Shown in pieces: positions 54,948 through 63,161 of a stretch of DNA of 64,000 nt (its first letter is position 1; each line of letters begins with the position of its first letter). Origin of the DNA: Janthinobacterium lividum. Lineage in GTDB: Bacteria > Bacteroidota > Bacteroidia > Cytophagales > Hymenobacteraceae. The notes under the pieces are model-generated. The model was not told the origin of the DNA and made no database searches. It worked only from the letters and a program-made list of their open reading frames with translations. Location of the stretch: positions 11,910-75,909 of the forward strand of contig JBPBPU010000005.1 of NCBI GenBank assembly GCA_050954465.1. The letters run 5' to 3'. Position numbers and translations under genes: made by a program.

Positions 54948-56603
54948 CTACTCATCCAGATACTGGTGCACGAATTTGATGGCCATGCTGCCCTCACCTA
55001 CGGCGGAGGCTACGCGGGCCATGGCCCCGGAGCGGCCGTCGCCGGCAGCGAAAAGGCCGGGTACGCAAGTCTCTAGCAGATAAGGCTCCCGGTCTTTTTT
55101 CCAGGCGGTGGGGTAGCGCGGGTCGGCCACTAGGTCGCGGCCGGTGAGCAGGTAGCCTTTGGCATCGCAGAGGGCCAGGTGGCAGACCCACTCGGTGCTG
55201 GGCTTGGCTCCGATGAAGATGAACAGCGCCCGCGCCGGGTGCATTGTAGGCTCGCGCCCATCTTGCTGAATAACTACCGCTTCGAGCGAATTCTCGCCGC
55301 AGGCTTCGCGCACCTGGGTGTGGGGTAGGATGGTGATGTTGGGCGTGTTGGCGATTTGCTCAATCAGGTAGGCCGACATGCTGGCGGCCAGGTTTTCGCC
55401 TCGAATGATGATGAATACCTGCGAGGCGTAGGTAGAGAGGTACATAGCAGCCTGCCCGGCCGAGTTGCCGCCGCCCACAACGTACACCGGCTGCTGGCTG
55501 CAGCTGCGGGCCTCGGTGCGGGCGGCCCCGTAGTACACGCCCGCCCCGCTGAGGCGGTCCAGCCCCGGCGCATCCAGGGTGCGGTAGCTGACGCCGGTTG
55601 TGAGTACTACGGCCCGCGCTTTCACTTCGGTGTTGTCGCTCAGGGTGAGCACTTTGTAGCCGTCCTGCACGCAGAGGTTTACCACTTCCTGCGGGGCCAG
55701 AAACTCGGCCCCCAGGCGGGTGGCCTGCGCCCAGGCACGGTGCGCCAGCTCGGCCCCGCTCAGGCCCGTGGGGAAGCCCAGGTAGTTCTCGATGCGCGAC
55801 GACGAGCCGGCTTGCCCACCGGGCGTTTGGCGCTCGATAATCAGGGTTTTGAGCCCCTCCGAAGCGCCGTACACGGCGGCGGCCAGCCCGGCTGGCCCCG
55901 CCCCGATAACTACCACGTCGTACAGCTCCTGCTTGGCGGCCACGCTCAGGCCCAGGTGCTGGGCCAGGGTTTGGCGGTCGGGTTTGGGCAGGGCGTGGCC
56001 GTCGGCACAGATAACCACGGGCAGGTCGGTGGCGGCTAAGTTATTGGCGGCCACCAGGGTGGCAGCCTCGGCATCCTTCTCGTAATCCAGCCACTGGTAG
56101 CCTACCATGTAGCCACTCAGAAAGTCCTTTAGCTCGTGCGAGAGCGGCGACCACTGAAAGCCGATAAGCCGCAGGCCGTCGAACTTCGGCCGGTACACCT
56201 GCTGCCACTGTTGCAGCAAGTCGTGCAGCGTGGGGTAGAGCAACTGCTCGGGCGGGTCCCAAGGCTTGAGCAGATAATAGTCGAGCTGCGCCGAATTAAT
56301 AGCCTTGATGGCAGCTTCAGTGTCGGCGTAGGCGGTGAGTAACACGCGCTTAGCTTCGGGAAATAACGCCCGAGCCCGGGTCAGCACCTCAATGCCTTCG
56401 ACTTCGGGCATGCGCTGGTCGGCCAGCACCAGGGCCAGCGGCTCAGAGCGGGCTTGCAGTTCGGTGAGGGTGGCCAGGGCCTCGGGGCCGGAGCCGACGC
56501 GCAGAATCCGGTAGTCCTTTTGGAACTCGTGGCGCAGGTCGCGGCTGATGGCGGCCAGCACCTGCGGGTCGTCATCGACGGTGAGAATGACGGGTTTTTT
56601 CAT
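54948..56603 (-). CDS. fused response-regulator receiver / thioredoxin-reductase-like flavoprotein (no CxxC)
   Basis: Receiver features: VDDDP, LADQRMPEVEG (Asp62), LLKPW. FAD/NAD(P) Rossmann motifs: VVVIGAGPAGLAAAVY and VYVVGGGNSAGQAA. C-terminal motif GLFAAGD. The position of the TrxB CATC reads GAAR (55518-55529). Confidence 0.85.
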   Translation of the reverse strand: MKKPVILTVDDDPQVLAAISRDLRHEFQKDYRILRVGSGPEALATLTELQARSEPLALVLADQRMPEVEGIEVLTRARALFPEAKRVLLTAYADTEAAIKAINSAQLDYYLLKPWDPPEQLLYPTLHDLLQQWQQVYRPKFDGLRLIGFQWSPLSHELKDFLSGYMVGYQWLDYEKDAEAATLVAANNLAATDLPVVICADGHALPKPDRQTLAQHLGLSVAAKQELYDVVVIGAGPAGLAAAVYGASEGLKTLIIERQTPGGQAGSSSRIENYLGFPTGLSGAELAHRAWAQATRLGAEFLAPQEVVNLCVQDGYKVLTLSDNTEVKARAVVLTTGVSYRTLDAPGLDRLSGAGVYYGAARTEARSCSQQPVYVVGGGNSAGQAAMYLSTYASQVFIIIRGENLAASMSAYLIEQIANTPNITILPHTQVREACGENSLEAVVIQQDGREPTMHPARALFIFIGAKPSTEWVCHLALCDAKGYLLTGRDLVADPRYPTAWKKDREPYLLETCVPGLFAAGDGRSGAMARVASAVGEGSMAIKFVHQYLDE

Positions 56604-56768
56604 GGTGAGTAGAAACTGAAATCAACAAAAGCTAGTGGCCAAACAACTGGTAAGCCATAAAGGCCCAGCTACCATCGCCGCACACTTGGCTTGGCCGGTA
56701 GCATTACCGCTTCCCAACCGCAGGATTTTTAAAGTCAGGGGAAAATCCAGCACCAACCGGCTGAGTAA

Positions 56769-57183
56769 CTGCTGTTATGCAGCCGTCTCGCCCTCCGCAT
56801 TTACCTCACGAGACCCCTATGGAGCATAGCCCTCTCCTGTGGAGAGGGGCAACTAGCCTCTAGTTTTATTTTTTAGCTCTAATCCAGCCTTGTAAGTTAA
56901 ATACTAGGGCTAAAAATTACTCTACTATTTTTTTGCCGCCGTTTTCAAGCTGTTTCGGGCGGGTGTTGTAGGGTGCGGGGCTTGCCCCCGCCCGTCGTTG
57001 AACGACTGTTCAATGTTCGTTCAACGACGGGCGGGGGCAAGCCCCGCACCCTACAAACCTCGGAAAATTTTTAGTAGGGTAGAGTAGCTAAAAACTAGTT
57101 CCCCTCCCCATAGGAGAGCAGGCTACACCCCATAGGGGTCTCGTGAGGTAAATGCGGAGGGCGAGACGGCTGCATAACAGCAG
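56769..57183. repeat. 415-bp triple-nested composite palindrome
   Basis: The outer 54-bp arms, 56769-56822 and 57130-57183, are perfect. The middle layers are diverged (CCCTCTCC..GGAGAGGGGCAACTAG at about 56829-56856 vs 57095-57118, and AT-rich GCTAAAAATTACTCTAC vs GTAGAGTAGCTAAAAAC). The innermost 40-bp arms, 56966-57005 and 57017-57056 (GTAGGGTGCGGGG head), are perfect. Confidence 0.9.
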
Positions 57184-57697
57184 CGAGTAATGGATTTTGC
57201 TTGGTGGCGTGCGCAGCTTGGGCAGCCAGCCCGATTCTACCCTTACAAACCAAGTACAATCTAGAGGCACCGTTTCTAGGACTTATTATCTTTGTTTTAT
57301 TAAGTTTTTGTAAACTGATTTCTGAAAAGGAAATAAGCCAACCCACTCGGAGTTGAGACACACCAACGCTATATCCTGGCACCAAATGTTTAGTAGAATA
57401 CTCAACAAACTGGGGCTTATTCACTTGGCTTGTGCGGGTATCGATAGCGTGGTGACATGTTGGTAGTTACAAAATAATCAGGCAATTTCCAGAACGGCAA
57501 GGCGTCGATACTTTCACTTCTACAACAGGGCTCTAATTTTTGTGTATTTATTGTGCTTTACAAACAGTTACTACCAACGCATCACGGCTTTTCGGCTAGC
57601 TTCTTAATCCAAGTGCATAAGTCCTACAAACCAAAGAAACACCGTTTAGATGAACGAGAAATAGGCGAGCACTTTTAAATAGAAAAGTTTTGAAATT

Positions 57698-58459
57698 TTG
57701 CACCATACTTTTGTCTTATCCCCTCCCACCCTTGTTAAAATTACATTCTTTGTGCCAGATGCTTTACCCTTGCCAACTGCCCAACTAGCCTTGGTGGCTG
57801 CTACTATCGAACCAACCGGTTCGCCTTCTCTGCCTGGCTCTCCCTACGCTGCTGCGCCAACTTCCCGGCTACTGCCACAACGGAGGGCCGCGTTGCGCGC
57901 TATTCCCCAAACCAGTATTCTGTGGGAGCAGCTGGCTATTCAGCGGCGGGAAATGCAGGCCGCCGAAGCCGCCCTGAGTGAGCTACTAGCGCGTTCAGCC
58001 AAGCCTCGGGTTTCGCGGCTGCGCGAGTGGCTGGGCCGCTACGGGCCAGCGCAACTGCTATCGGTGCTGGCCACGCTGGGTGCAGCCCAGGCAGCTACCC
58101 ACGCCGGAGCCAATGGCGTAGCAGTAGCCCTTGCTGCCACTTGGACTGGCAATCTGGCTTATTTCGGCCTTATTCTGGGGCAGGATGTGAGGCGCACTCG
58201 CTACCAGCTGCACACCCAGGGCCGAGCCTACACCTGGCGCACCCTTGCCCGCAATGGGCGGGCGCTAGTGGTAGAGTTTGGCACAGCCGAAGCCCTGGAC
58301 AGCCTACTTATTCGCCCGGCGCTCCTGTACTGGCTGCCGCGCTGGCTGCACCATATGCCACTAGGCGTGATGGTAGGGCAGCTAGCTGCTGATGTTACGT
58401 TCTATATTCCAGCCATTATCAGCTACGAGCTAAGCAAAGAGCGGCTGCGAAGGTTTTGA
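57698..58459 (+). CDS. hypothetical membrane protein (start uncertain)
   Basis: 253-aa ORF with a TTG start in the track. The C-terminal ~150 aa have about 4 hydrophobic helices. No recognised family. It lies on the opposite strand between the kinase and regulator genes. Confidence 0.4.
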   Translation: MHHTFVLSPPTLVKITFFVPDALPLPTAQLALVAATIEPTGSPSLPGSPYAAAPTSRLLPQRRAALRAIPQTSILWEQLAIQRREMQAAEAALSELLARSAKPRVSRLREWLGRYGPAQLLSVLATLGAAQAATHAGANGVAVALAATWTGNLAYFGLILGQDVRRTRYQLHTQGRAYTWRTLARNGRALVVEFGTAEALDSLLIRPALLYWLPRWLHHMPLGVMVGQLAADVTFYIPAIISYELSKERLRRF

Positions 58460-58525
58460 GGGTTGCTGGTACCTGATGCCTAGACTACTCAATCGGCTGT
58501 CAGCACGACCCTCAAACCAGTAACC

Positions 58526-59917
58526 TTACACCGGCAGCCACACCAAAAACACCGTGCGCCCCGGCTCCGAAGTGGCGCTGAGCTGCCCGCCGTGCTCCTG
58601 CACAATGCGCCGGGCAATGTCGAGGCCCAGCCCGGTGCCCTCGCCGGCGGGCTTGGTGGTATAAAACGGCTCGAACAGGTGGGCCAGCACCTCGGCCTCA
58701 ATGCCGGTGCCGTTGTCAATGATGCGCACGCCCAGGCCGTTCGCCTGGGGAGCTACGCGCACCGTTAGCTCGCCGCCGGTGGTGGGCAGGGCATCCAAGG
58801 CGTTGTCGATGAGGTTGGTCCAGACCTGGTTGAGGCTACCTACTTTGCCCAGCACGGTGGGCAGGCCGGGGGCGTAGTCGCGCACGAGGCGCACGTTTTT
58901 TTCGCGTAGGGCGTGGGCAAAAATGTGCAGCGTGCTGTCGAGGCCCGTGGTTACGGCCAGCTTTTCGCGGCCGCCGTCGCGGTCCATGTGCGAGTAGGTT
59001 TTCACGTTGCCAACCAGCGCACTGATGCGCTGCCCGGCTTCGTGAATGTCGTGGGCCAGGCGGTGGGTAGCCAGGTGGCTTTCGAGCCAGGCCAGGGCCG
59101 GTGGGCGGGCCGCCGTGGGTAGCTGCGCCAGCAGCGGGGCCAGCGCGGGGGCCACCAAGCCAGCTTCGAGCAGGCCGGGAGCCAGGGTGTAGCCTTCGGG
59201 CACGGCCTGGGTTCCGAGCCAGTCGGCGAGGGCATCTTCCTGGTCGGCGCGGTCGAGGGCACTCAGGGTGGGCAGGTTTTCGGCGGGGGTGGACAGGGCC
59301 GTGAGGGTGGCTACGGCTTCGGGGCCGGGGCAGGCGGCCAGTAGGTTTTGTAGCAGGGCGCTACTGGCGGCCAGCTGCTGGGTGAGGGCGGCGGCGGCCC
59401 GCACAATGGCGGCAGCGGGGTTGTTCAGCTCGTGCGAGAGGCCGGCTGCCAGCTTGCCCAGCGCCCGCAGTTTGTCGTCGCGCTCCTGGCCGCGCACCTC
59501 GTCGCGGGCGCGGTCGCTCATAATGGCTACCAGCCGCTGCACCAGCTCGGCACTGGCTTGCTCAAGAGCCGGAAACTCGCGGCGCGACAGCATATACAGG
59601 GTAGTATCGCCCACGGCCACGCCATCGCCCCGGATTACCTGCAGGCGCGAGTATGGCAGCACCCCACTGATACTCCCTGCTTCGACGCGGAAAACCGGCT
59701 CCCGCTGCCCACTTACCACGCGGAAGTACTGTATTTCGCCGCTTACCACGGCCATCATGTTCTCGGCTGGGGTGCCGGCGGTAATAATGACTTCGCCAGG
59801 CGCGTAGCGACGTAGTTCGCCGTGGGTTAGCAGCCAGTCGACTACTGCCGCTGGCAGGTTCTGGAAAGCCGTGATGCCGCTGAGCAGGGCCGGGTCGGGA
59901 GGGAGTTGGTGGGGCAT
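58526..59917 (-). CDS. sensor histidine kinase with N-terminal cyclic-nucleotide-binding-like domain
   Basis: The N-terminal ~125 aa are cNMP-binding-like (...GEVIITAGTPAENMMAVVSGEI...FRVEAGSISGVLPYS...). H-box LSHELNNPAAAI. N-box NLIDNALDAL. G-boxes IDNGTGI and GTGLGLDIARRIV. No TM segment. Confidence 0.85.
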   Translation of the reverse strand: MPHQLPPDPALLSGITAFQNLPAAVVDWLLTHGELRRYAPGEVIITAGTPAENMMAVVSGEIQYFRVVSGQREPVFRVEAGSISGVLPYSRLQVIRGDGVAVGDTTLYMLSRREFPALEQASAELVQRLVAIMSDRARDEVRGQERDDKLRALGKLAAGLSHELNNPAAAIVRAAAALTQQLAASSALLQNLLAACPGPEAVATLTALSTPAENLPTLSALDRADQEDALADWLGTQAVPEGYTLAPGLLEAGLVAPALAPLLAQLPTAARPPALAWLESHLATHRLAHDIHEAGQRISALVGNVKTYSHMDRDGGREKLAVTTGLDSTLHIFAHALREKNVRLVRDYAPGLPTVLGKVGSLNQVWTNLIDNALDALPTTGGELTVRVAPQANGLGVRIIDNGTGIEAEVLAHLFEPFYTTKPAGEGTGLGLDIARRIVQEHGGQLSATSEPGRTVFLVWLPV

Positions 59918-59943
59918 AGCGGGGGTATAACCGGGCAGCGCCC

Positions 59944-61311
59944 ATGGGGTTAGCAGCGGGGCAGCGCAGGAACCAGCCGACCGCGCAACTGGCGCTAATT
60001 TCCCACAACCTAATTTGCGCCGTGACTGCTGCCCCCTCCCCTTTCCAGCTTACGCGTGAGCATGTGTTGCGGGCCCTGCGCCTAGTGGAGCGCGAGGGCC
60101 GCCGCCTGCCGCCCAGCACGGTGTACGAGCTGCTGTACCGGGGCCGCCGCTACCCGCCCCGCGCCGTGGCCGAGCTGGCCTACCGCCTCGCCCTGGCCGA
60201 CGCGCAAGCCCGCTGGCCCCACCCGGCCGGCCAGCCCACCAATGCCCTGCTCGAAGCCCTCGATTTCACCATTGTGGCCAAGCGCCCCATGCTCACGGCA
60301 GGCCAGCCCCACGACCAGGAGCAGGCCGCCGAACAAGCCGCCGAAAACCTCTACACCGGCTCCCCGCGCCCTGCCGCGCCGGCAGTTTCGGCGGTGGCAG
60401 AAGCGGCGGGCTCCTACGCCAGCCCGGCCCCGGCCTACGCACTGGCCGATGCCCTACGGGAAGTTTTTGTGTCGGAACCCGCCCTGAGTGCGGCCCTGGC
60501 GGGTTTGCGCCGCCGCAAGGCGCTGCTGCTGCAAGGCCCGCCGGGCACGGGCAAAACGTTTCTGGCCCGCCGCCTGGCGTGGCTGCTGCAAGGCAGCCAG
60601 GACGAGCGCCGCACCGAGCTGGTGCAGTTTCATCCCAGCTACGGCTACGAGGACTTTCTGCTCGGCTTCCGCCCCGGCCCCGACGGGCAGTTTCAACTGG
60701 TGCCAGGGGTGCTGCCGCTGCTGTGCCAGCGCGCCGCCCAGGACCCCGACCACCCGTATTTTCTGCTGATTGAGGAGCTGAACCGGGGCAACGTGGCCCG
60801 TATTTTTGGCGAGCTGCTGCTGTTGCTGGAGCCCGATAAGCGCGGCCCTGCCCACGCCATGCGCCTGCCCTACGCGCCGCCCGAGGCCCCGCGCTTCTTC
60901 GTGCCCGCCAACCTCTACGTTATTGGCACCCTCAACCTGGCCGACCGCTCCCTGGCCCCGCTCGACTACGCGCTACGCCGCCGGTTTGCGTTTGTGGGCC
61001 TGGGGCCGCAGTTTGGCGAGCCCTTGCAGCAGCAGCTACGCACAGCGGGTGTGCCCACCCCCCTGCTGGCCGAGCTGGCAAAGCGGATGGTGGCGCTCAA
61101 CCACGTTATTGCCGCTGACCCAGAGCTGGGGCCGGATTTTGAGGTGGGCCACAGCTACTTCTGCGCGCCGCCGCTGGTGCCTACCGAAGCTGGCGAGTGG
61201 CTGCGCCTGATTTTTGAGCAGGAAATCGGCCCGCTGCTCGCCGACTATTGGCGCGAGCAGCCGGAACGGGCCGCCGCACAGCTGCAACGGCTGGTAGCGG
61301 GCGTAGGGTAA
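59944..61311 (+). CDS. mcrB: McrB-family AAA+ GTPase subunit of a type IV restriction system
   Basis: Motifs seen: LLQGPPGTGKTFLARRLA (Walker A), FHPSYGYEDFL, LLIEELNRGNVARIFGELLLLLE, VIGTLNLADRSLAPLDYALRRRFAF. The N-terminal ~100 aa form a separate small domain followed by an Ala/Pro-rich linker. The true start may be GTG 60022. The last codons and the stop lie in the next repeat. Confidence 0.85.
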   Translation: MGLAAGQRRNQPTAQLALISHNLICAVTAAPSPFQLTREHVLRALRLVEREGRRLPPSTVYELLYRGRRYPPRAVAELAYRLALADAQARWPHPAGQPTNALLEALDFTIVAKRPMLTAGQPHDQEQAAEQAAENLYTGSPRPAAPAVSAVAEAAGSYASPAPAYALADALREVFVSEPALSAALAGLRRRKALLLQGPPGTGKTFLARRLAWLLQGSQDERRTELVQFHPSYGYEDFLLGFRPGPDGQFQLVPGVLPLLCQRAAQDPDHPYFLLIEELNRGNVARIFGELLLLLEPDKRGPAHAMRLPYAPPEAPRFFVPANLYVIGTLNLADRSLAPLDYALRRRFAFVGLGPQFGEPLQQQLRTAGVPTPLLAELAKRMVALNHVIAADPELGPDFEVGHSYFCAPPLVPTEAGEWLRLIFEQEIGPLLADYWREQPERAAAQLQRLVAGVG

Positions 61312-61405
61312 GCTGCAGCTTGCCAATTTTAGGCGTTAGGGGTTTAGGCCCGACATTCACCAACAACCTCATTACTTTAAACTGGCAAGCTGAAGCTTAC
61401 CCTAC
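61303..61405. repeat. palindromic REP-like element (GTAGGGTAAGCT head), copy 2
   Basis: 23-bp arms at 61303-61325 and 61383-61405 with 1 mismatch and a 57-nt spacer. The left arm contains the mcrB stop TAA (61309-61311). The right arm ends 5 nt before the next ATG. Confidence 0.9.
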
Positions 61406-61410
61406 ATCTT

Positions 61411-62094
61411 ATGCGTAACGTCCGGCTTTTAGTCATTTGCCTGCTTAGTGCCAGCTTCCGCCTGGTGTTTGCGCAAGGCAGCACCTCCGATTCTACTCTG
61501 GCCTGGAAGCAGGTGGTGCTTGGTACTGGGGCCAGCATTGCCATGCCCGCTACGGCGGCCCTTTCCTCAAGCGCTACCAAAGAGATTCCGGCCTATGTGG
61601 CCCGCAGCCACGAAGCCATTTACATGGTAGCCGTCACCTGCGCCGACTCGGCCGCCACCGACGGCGAGCAGCTGAGCGGCAGCGCGCTGGATACGGTGTA
61701 CGCGGCGGCGTTCAAGAGCCTCCTGCGCACGGGCAGCCAGGACCGCATCGTGAGCCAGACAGCCTTTACTCTGGCCGGGCAACGCGGCGTGGAGGCGCAA
61801 CTCGACCTGCCCAATGCGCCCAACCTGGCCCGCGCCAAGTTTGCGCGGGTATTTTATTTCAACGGCTTTATTTACATCCTCACCTGGCGCGAAACCTCCA
61901 GCCACGCGCCCACCGATGAGCCCGACAACCGCCAACACTTTTTTACGTCGCTGCGCATGAAGCCCAGTGCCCCGCATCCGGCCGTTTCGGGGCCTCGCCA
62001 GCTCGGGCGCTTGCTGGGGCAACTACTGGTGTTGGCTGCCGTGGTGGTGGGGATTGTTGTTTTTGTTAGGCGGCAGTCGCGGCCCGCCCGGTAG
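61411..62094 (+). CDS. secreted, C-terminally membrane-anchored protein of unknown function inserted between mcrB and mcrC
   Basis: Signal peptide MRNVRLLVICLLSASFRLVFAQG. The body of about 150 aa looks beta-rich. C-terminal TM helix LLGQLLVLAAVVVGIVVFV followed by RRQSR. Confidence 0.55.
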   Translation: MRNVRLLVICLLSASFRLVFAQGSTSDSTLAWKQVVLGTGASIAMPATAALSSSATKEIPAYVARSHEAIYMVAVTCADSAATDGEQLSGSALDTVYAAAFKSLLRTGSQDRIVSQTAFTLAGQRGVEAQLDLPNAPNLARAKFARVFYFNGFIYILTWRETSSHAPTDEPDNRQHFFTSLRMKPSAPHPAVSGPRQLGRLLGQLLVLAAVVVGIVVFVRRQSRPAR

Positions 62095-62108
62095 CCCGCC
62101 CGCCGCTC

Positions 62109-63152
62109 ATGATACCCCTCGCCACGCTCTACTACCTGCTGTGCTACGCCTGGCAGCGCCTGCCCGAGCCGGCCGTACTGCAAGCCACCGAGGGCGCGCC
62201 GTTTCACCGGCCCCTGGAGCTGCTTACCCAGATGCTGCTGCACGCCACGCGCCAGTTGTTGCGTGCAGGGCTGCCCAGGGGGTTTGTCAGCCACGAGGCC
62301 GAAATCGGCGAATTGCGCGGGCGCGTGGTGCTGGCGCCTACCATCGGGCGGGGGCTGCTGCCGCAGGGCCGGGCCGTGTGCCAGTTCGACGAGCTAAGCC
62401 CCAACCTGCCCCTGACGCGGCTGCTGGCTGGCACCCTGGCGGCACTGGTAGCCCACCCAGCATTGCCCCTGGCTTTGCGGCGAACGGTGGGGCAGCTGCG
62501 CCGCCGCCTGCCGGCCGGGGTGCAGCCTACGGCCCCGGCGGCCGGGGTATTTGCCAGCCTGCGCCGCCAGCGGTGGGCGGCGGGCGAGGCGTTTTTATTG
62601 CACATCTGCGAGCTGATTTTCCAAACGGCCCTGCCCGCTCCTACCGCCGAGGGCCGGGGCCGCTTCCCCGATTTCCGGCGCGACGAAGGGCTGATGGCGC
62701 GCTTATTTGAACAGGCCGTGCGCAATTTCTACCGCCGCGAGCAGCGCCAGTACCGGGTATTTGCCGAAACCATTGCCTGGCAGGCCGAAGCCGCGGAACC
62801 CGCCAGCCTGGCCCTGCTGCCCACCATGCTCACCGATACCACGCTGGAAAGCCCGACCCGCAAAATCATCCTCGACACCAAATACTACGCGGCGGCTCTG
62901 CGCTCGCGCTACGACCAGCAACGGCTTATTTCGCCGCACCTCTACCAGCTCTATGCCTACCTGCAAAACCTGCGCCCGGCCCCCGGCCAGGCGCTCGAAG
63001 GCATCTTGCTATACCCGGCAGCCACAAAGGCTCTTGATGTGCGCTACACCCTGGGCGGCCACCCCGTGCGGGTTGTCACCCTCGACCTGCACCAGCCCTG
63101 GCCAGGCATTGCGGCTGCGCTGCTGGATTTGGTGGGTGATGGGAGCAACTGA
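62109..63152 (+). CDS. mcrC: McrC-family nuclease subunit of a type IV restriction system
   Basis: N-terminal LYYLLCYAW... C-terminal PD-(D/E)xK-like block LTDTTLESPTRKIILDTKYY....LYQLYAYL, typical of McrC. Confidence 0.8.
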   Translation: MIPLATLYYLLCYAWQRLPEPAVLQATEGAPFHRPLELLTQMLLHATRQLLRAGLPRGFVSHEAEIGELRGRVVLAPTIGRGLLPQGRAVCQFDELSPNLPLTRLLAGTLAALVAHPALPLALRRTVGQLRRRLPAGVQPTAPAAGVFASLRRQRWAAGEAFLLHICELIFQTALPAPTAEGRGRFPDFRRDEGLMARLFEQAVRNFYRREQRQYRVFAETIAWQAEAAEPASLALLPTMLTDTTLESPTRKIILDTKYYAAALRSRYDQQRLISPHLYQLYAYLQNLRPAPGQALEGILLYPAATKALDVRYTLGGHPVRVVTLDLHQPWPGIAAALLDLVGDGSN

Positions 63153-63161
63153 CGTTACGCA

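Noticed and set aside
56604-58525. Calling the AT-rich and palindrome-rich insert, or the AT-rich orphan gene at 48592-49287, a mobile genetic element.
   Set aside because: I could not see a transposase, integrase, tRNA attachment site or flanking direct repeats. Only compositional and contextual evidence exists, so both are reported as findings rather than mobile_element features.
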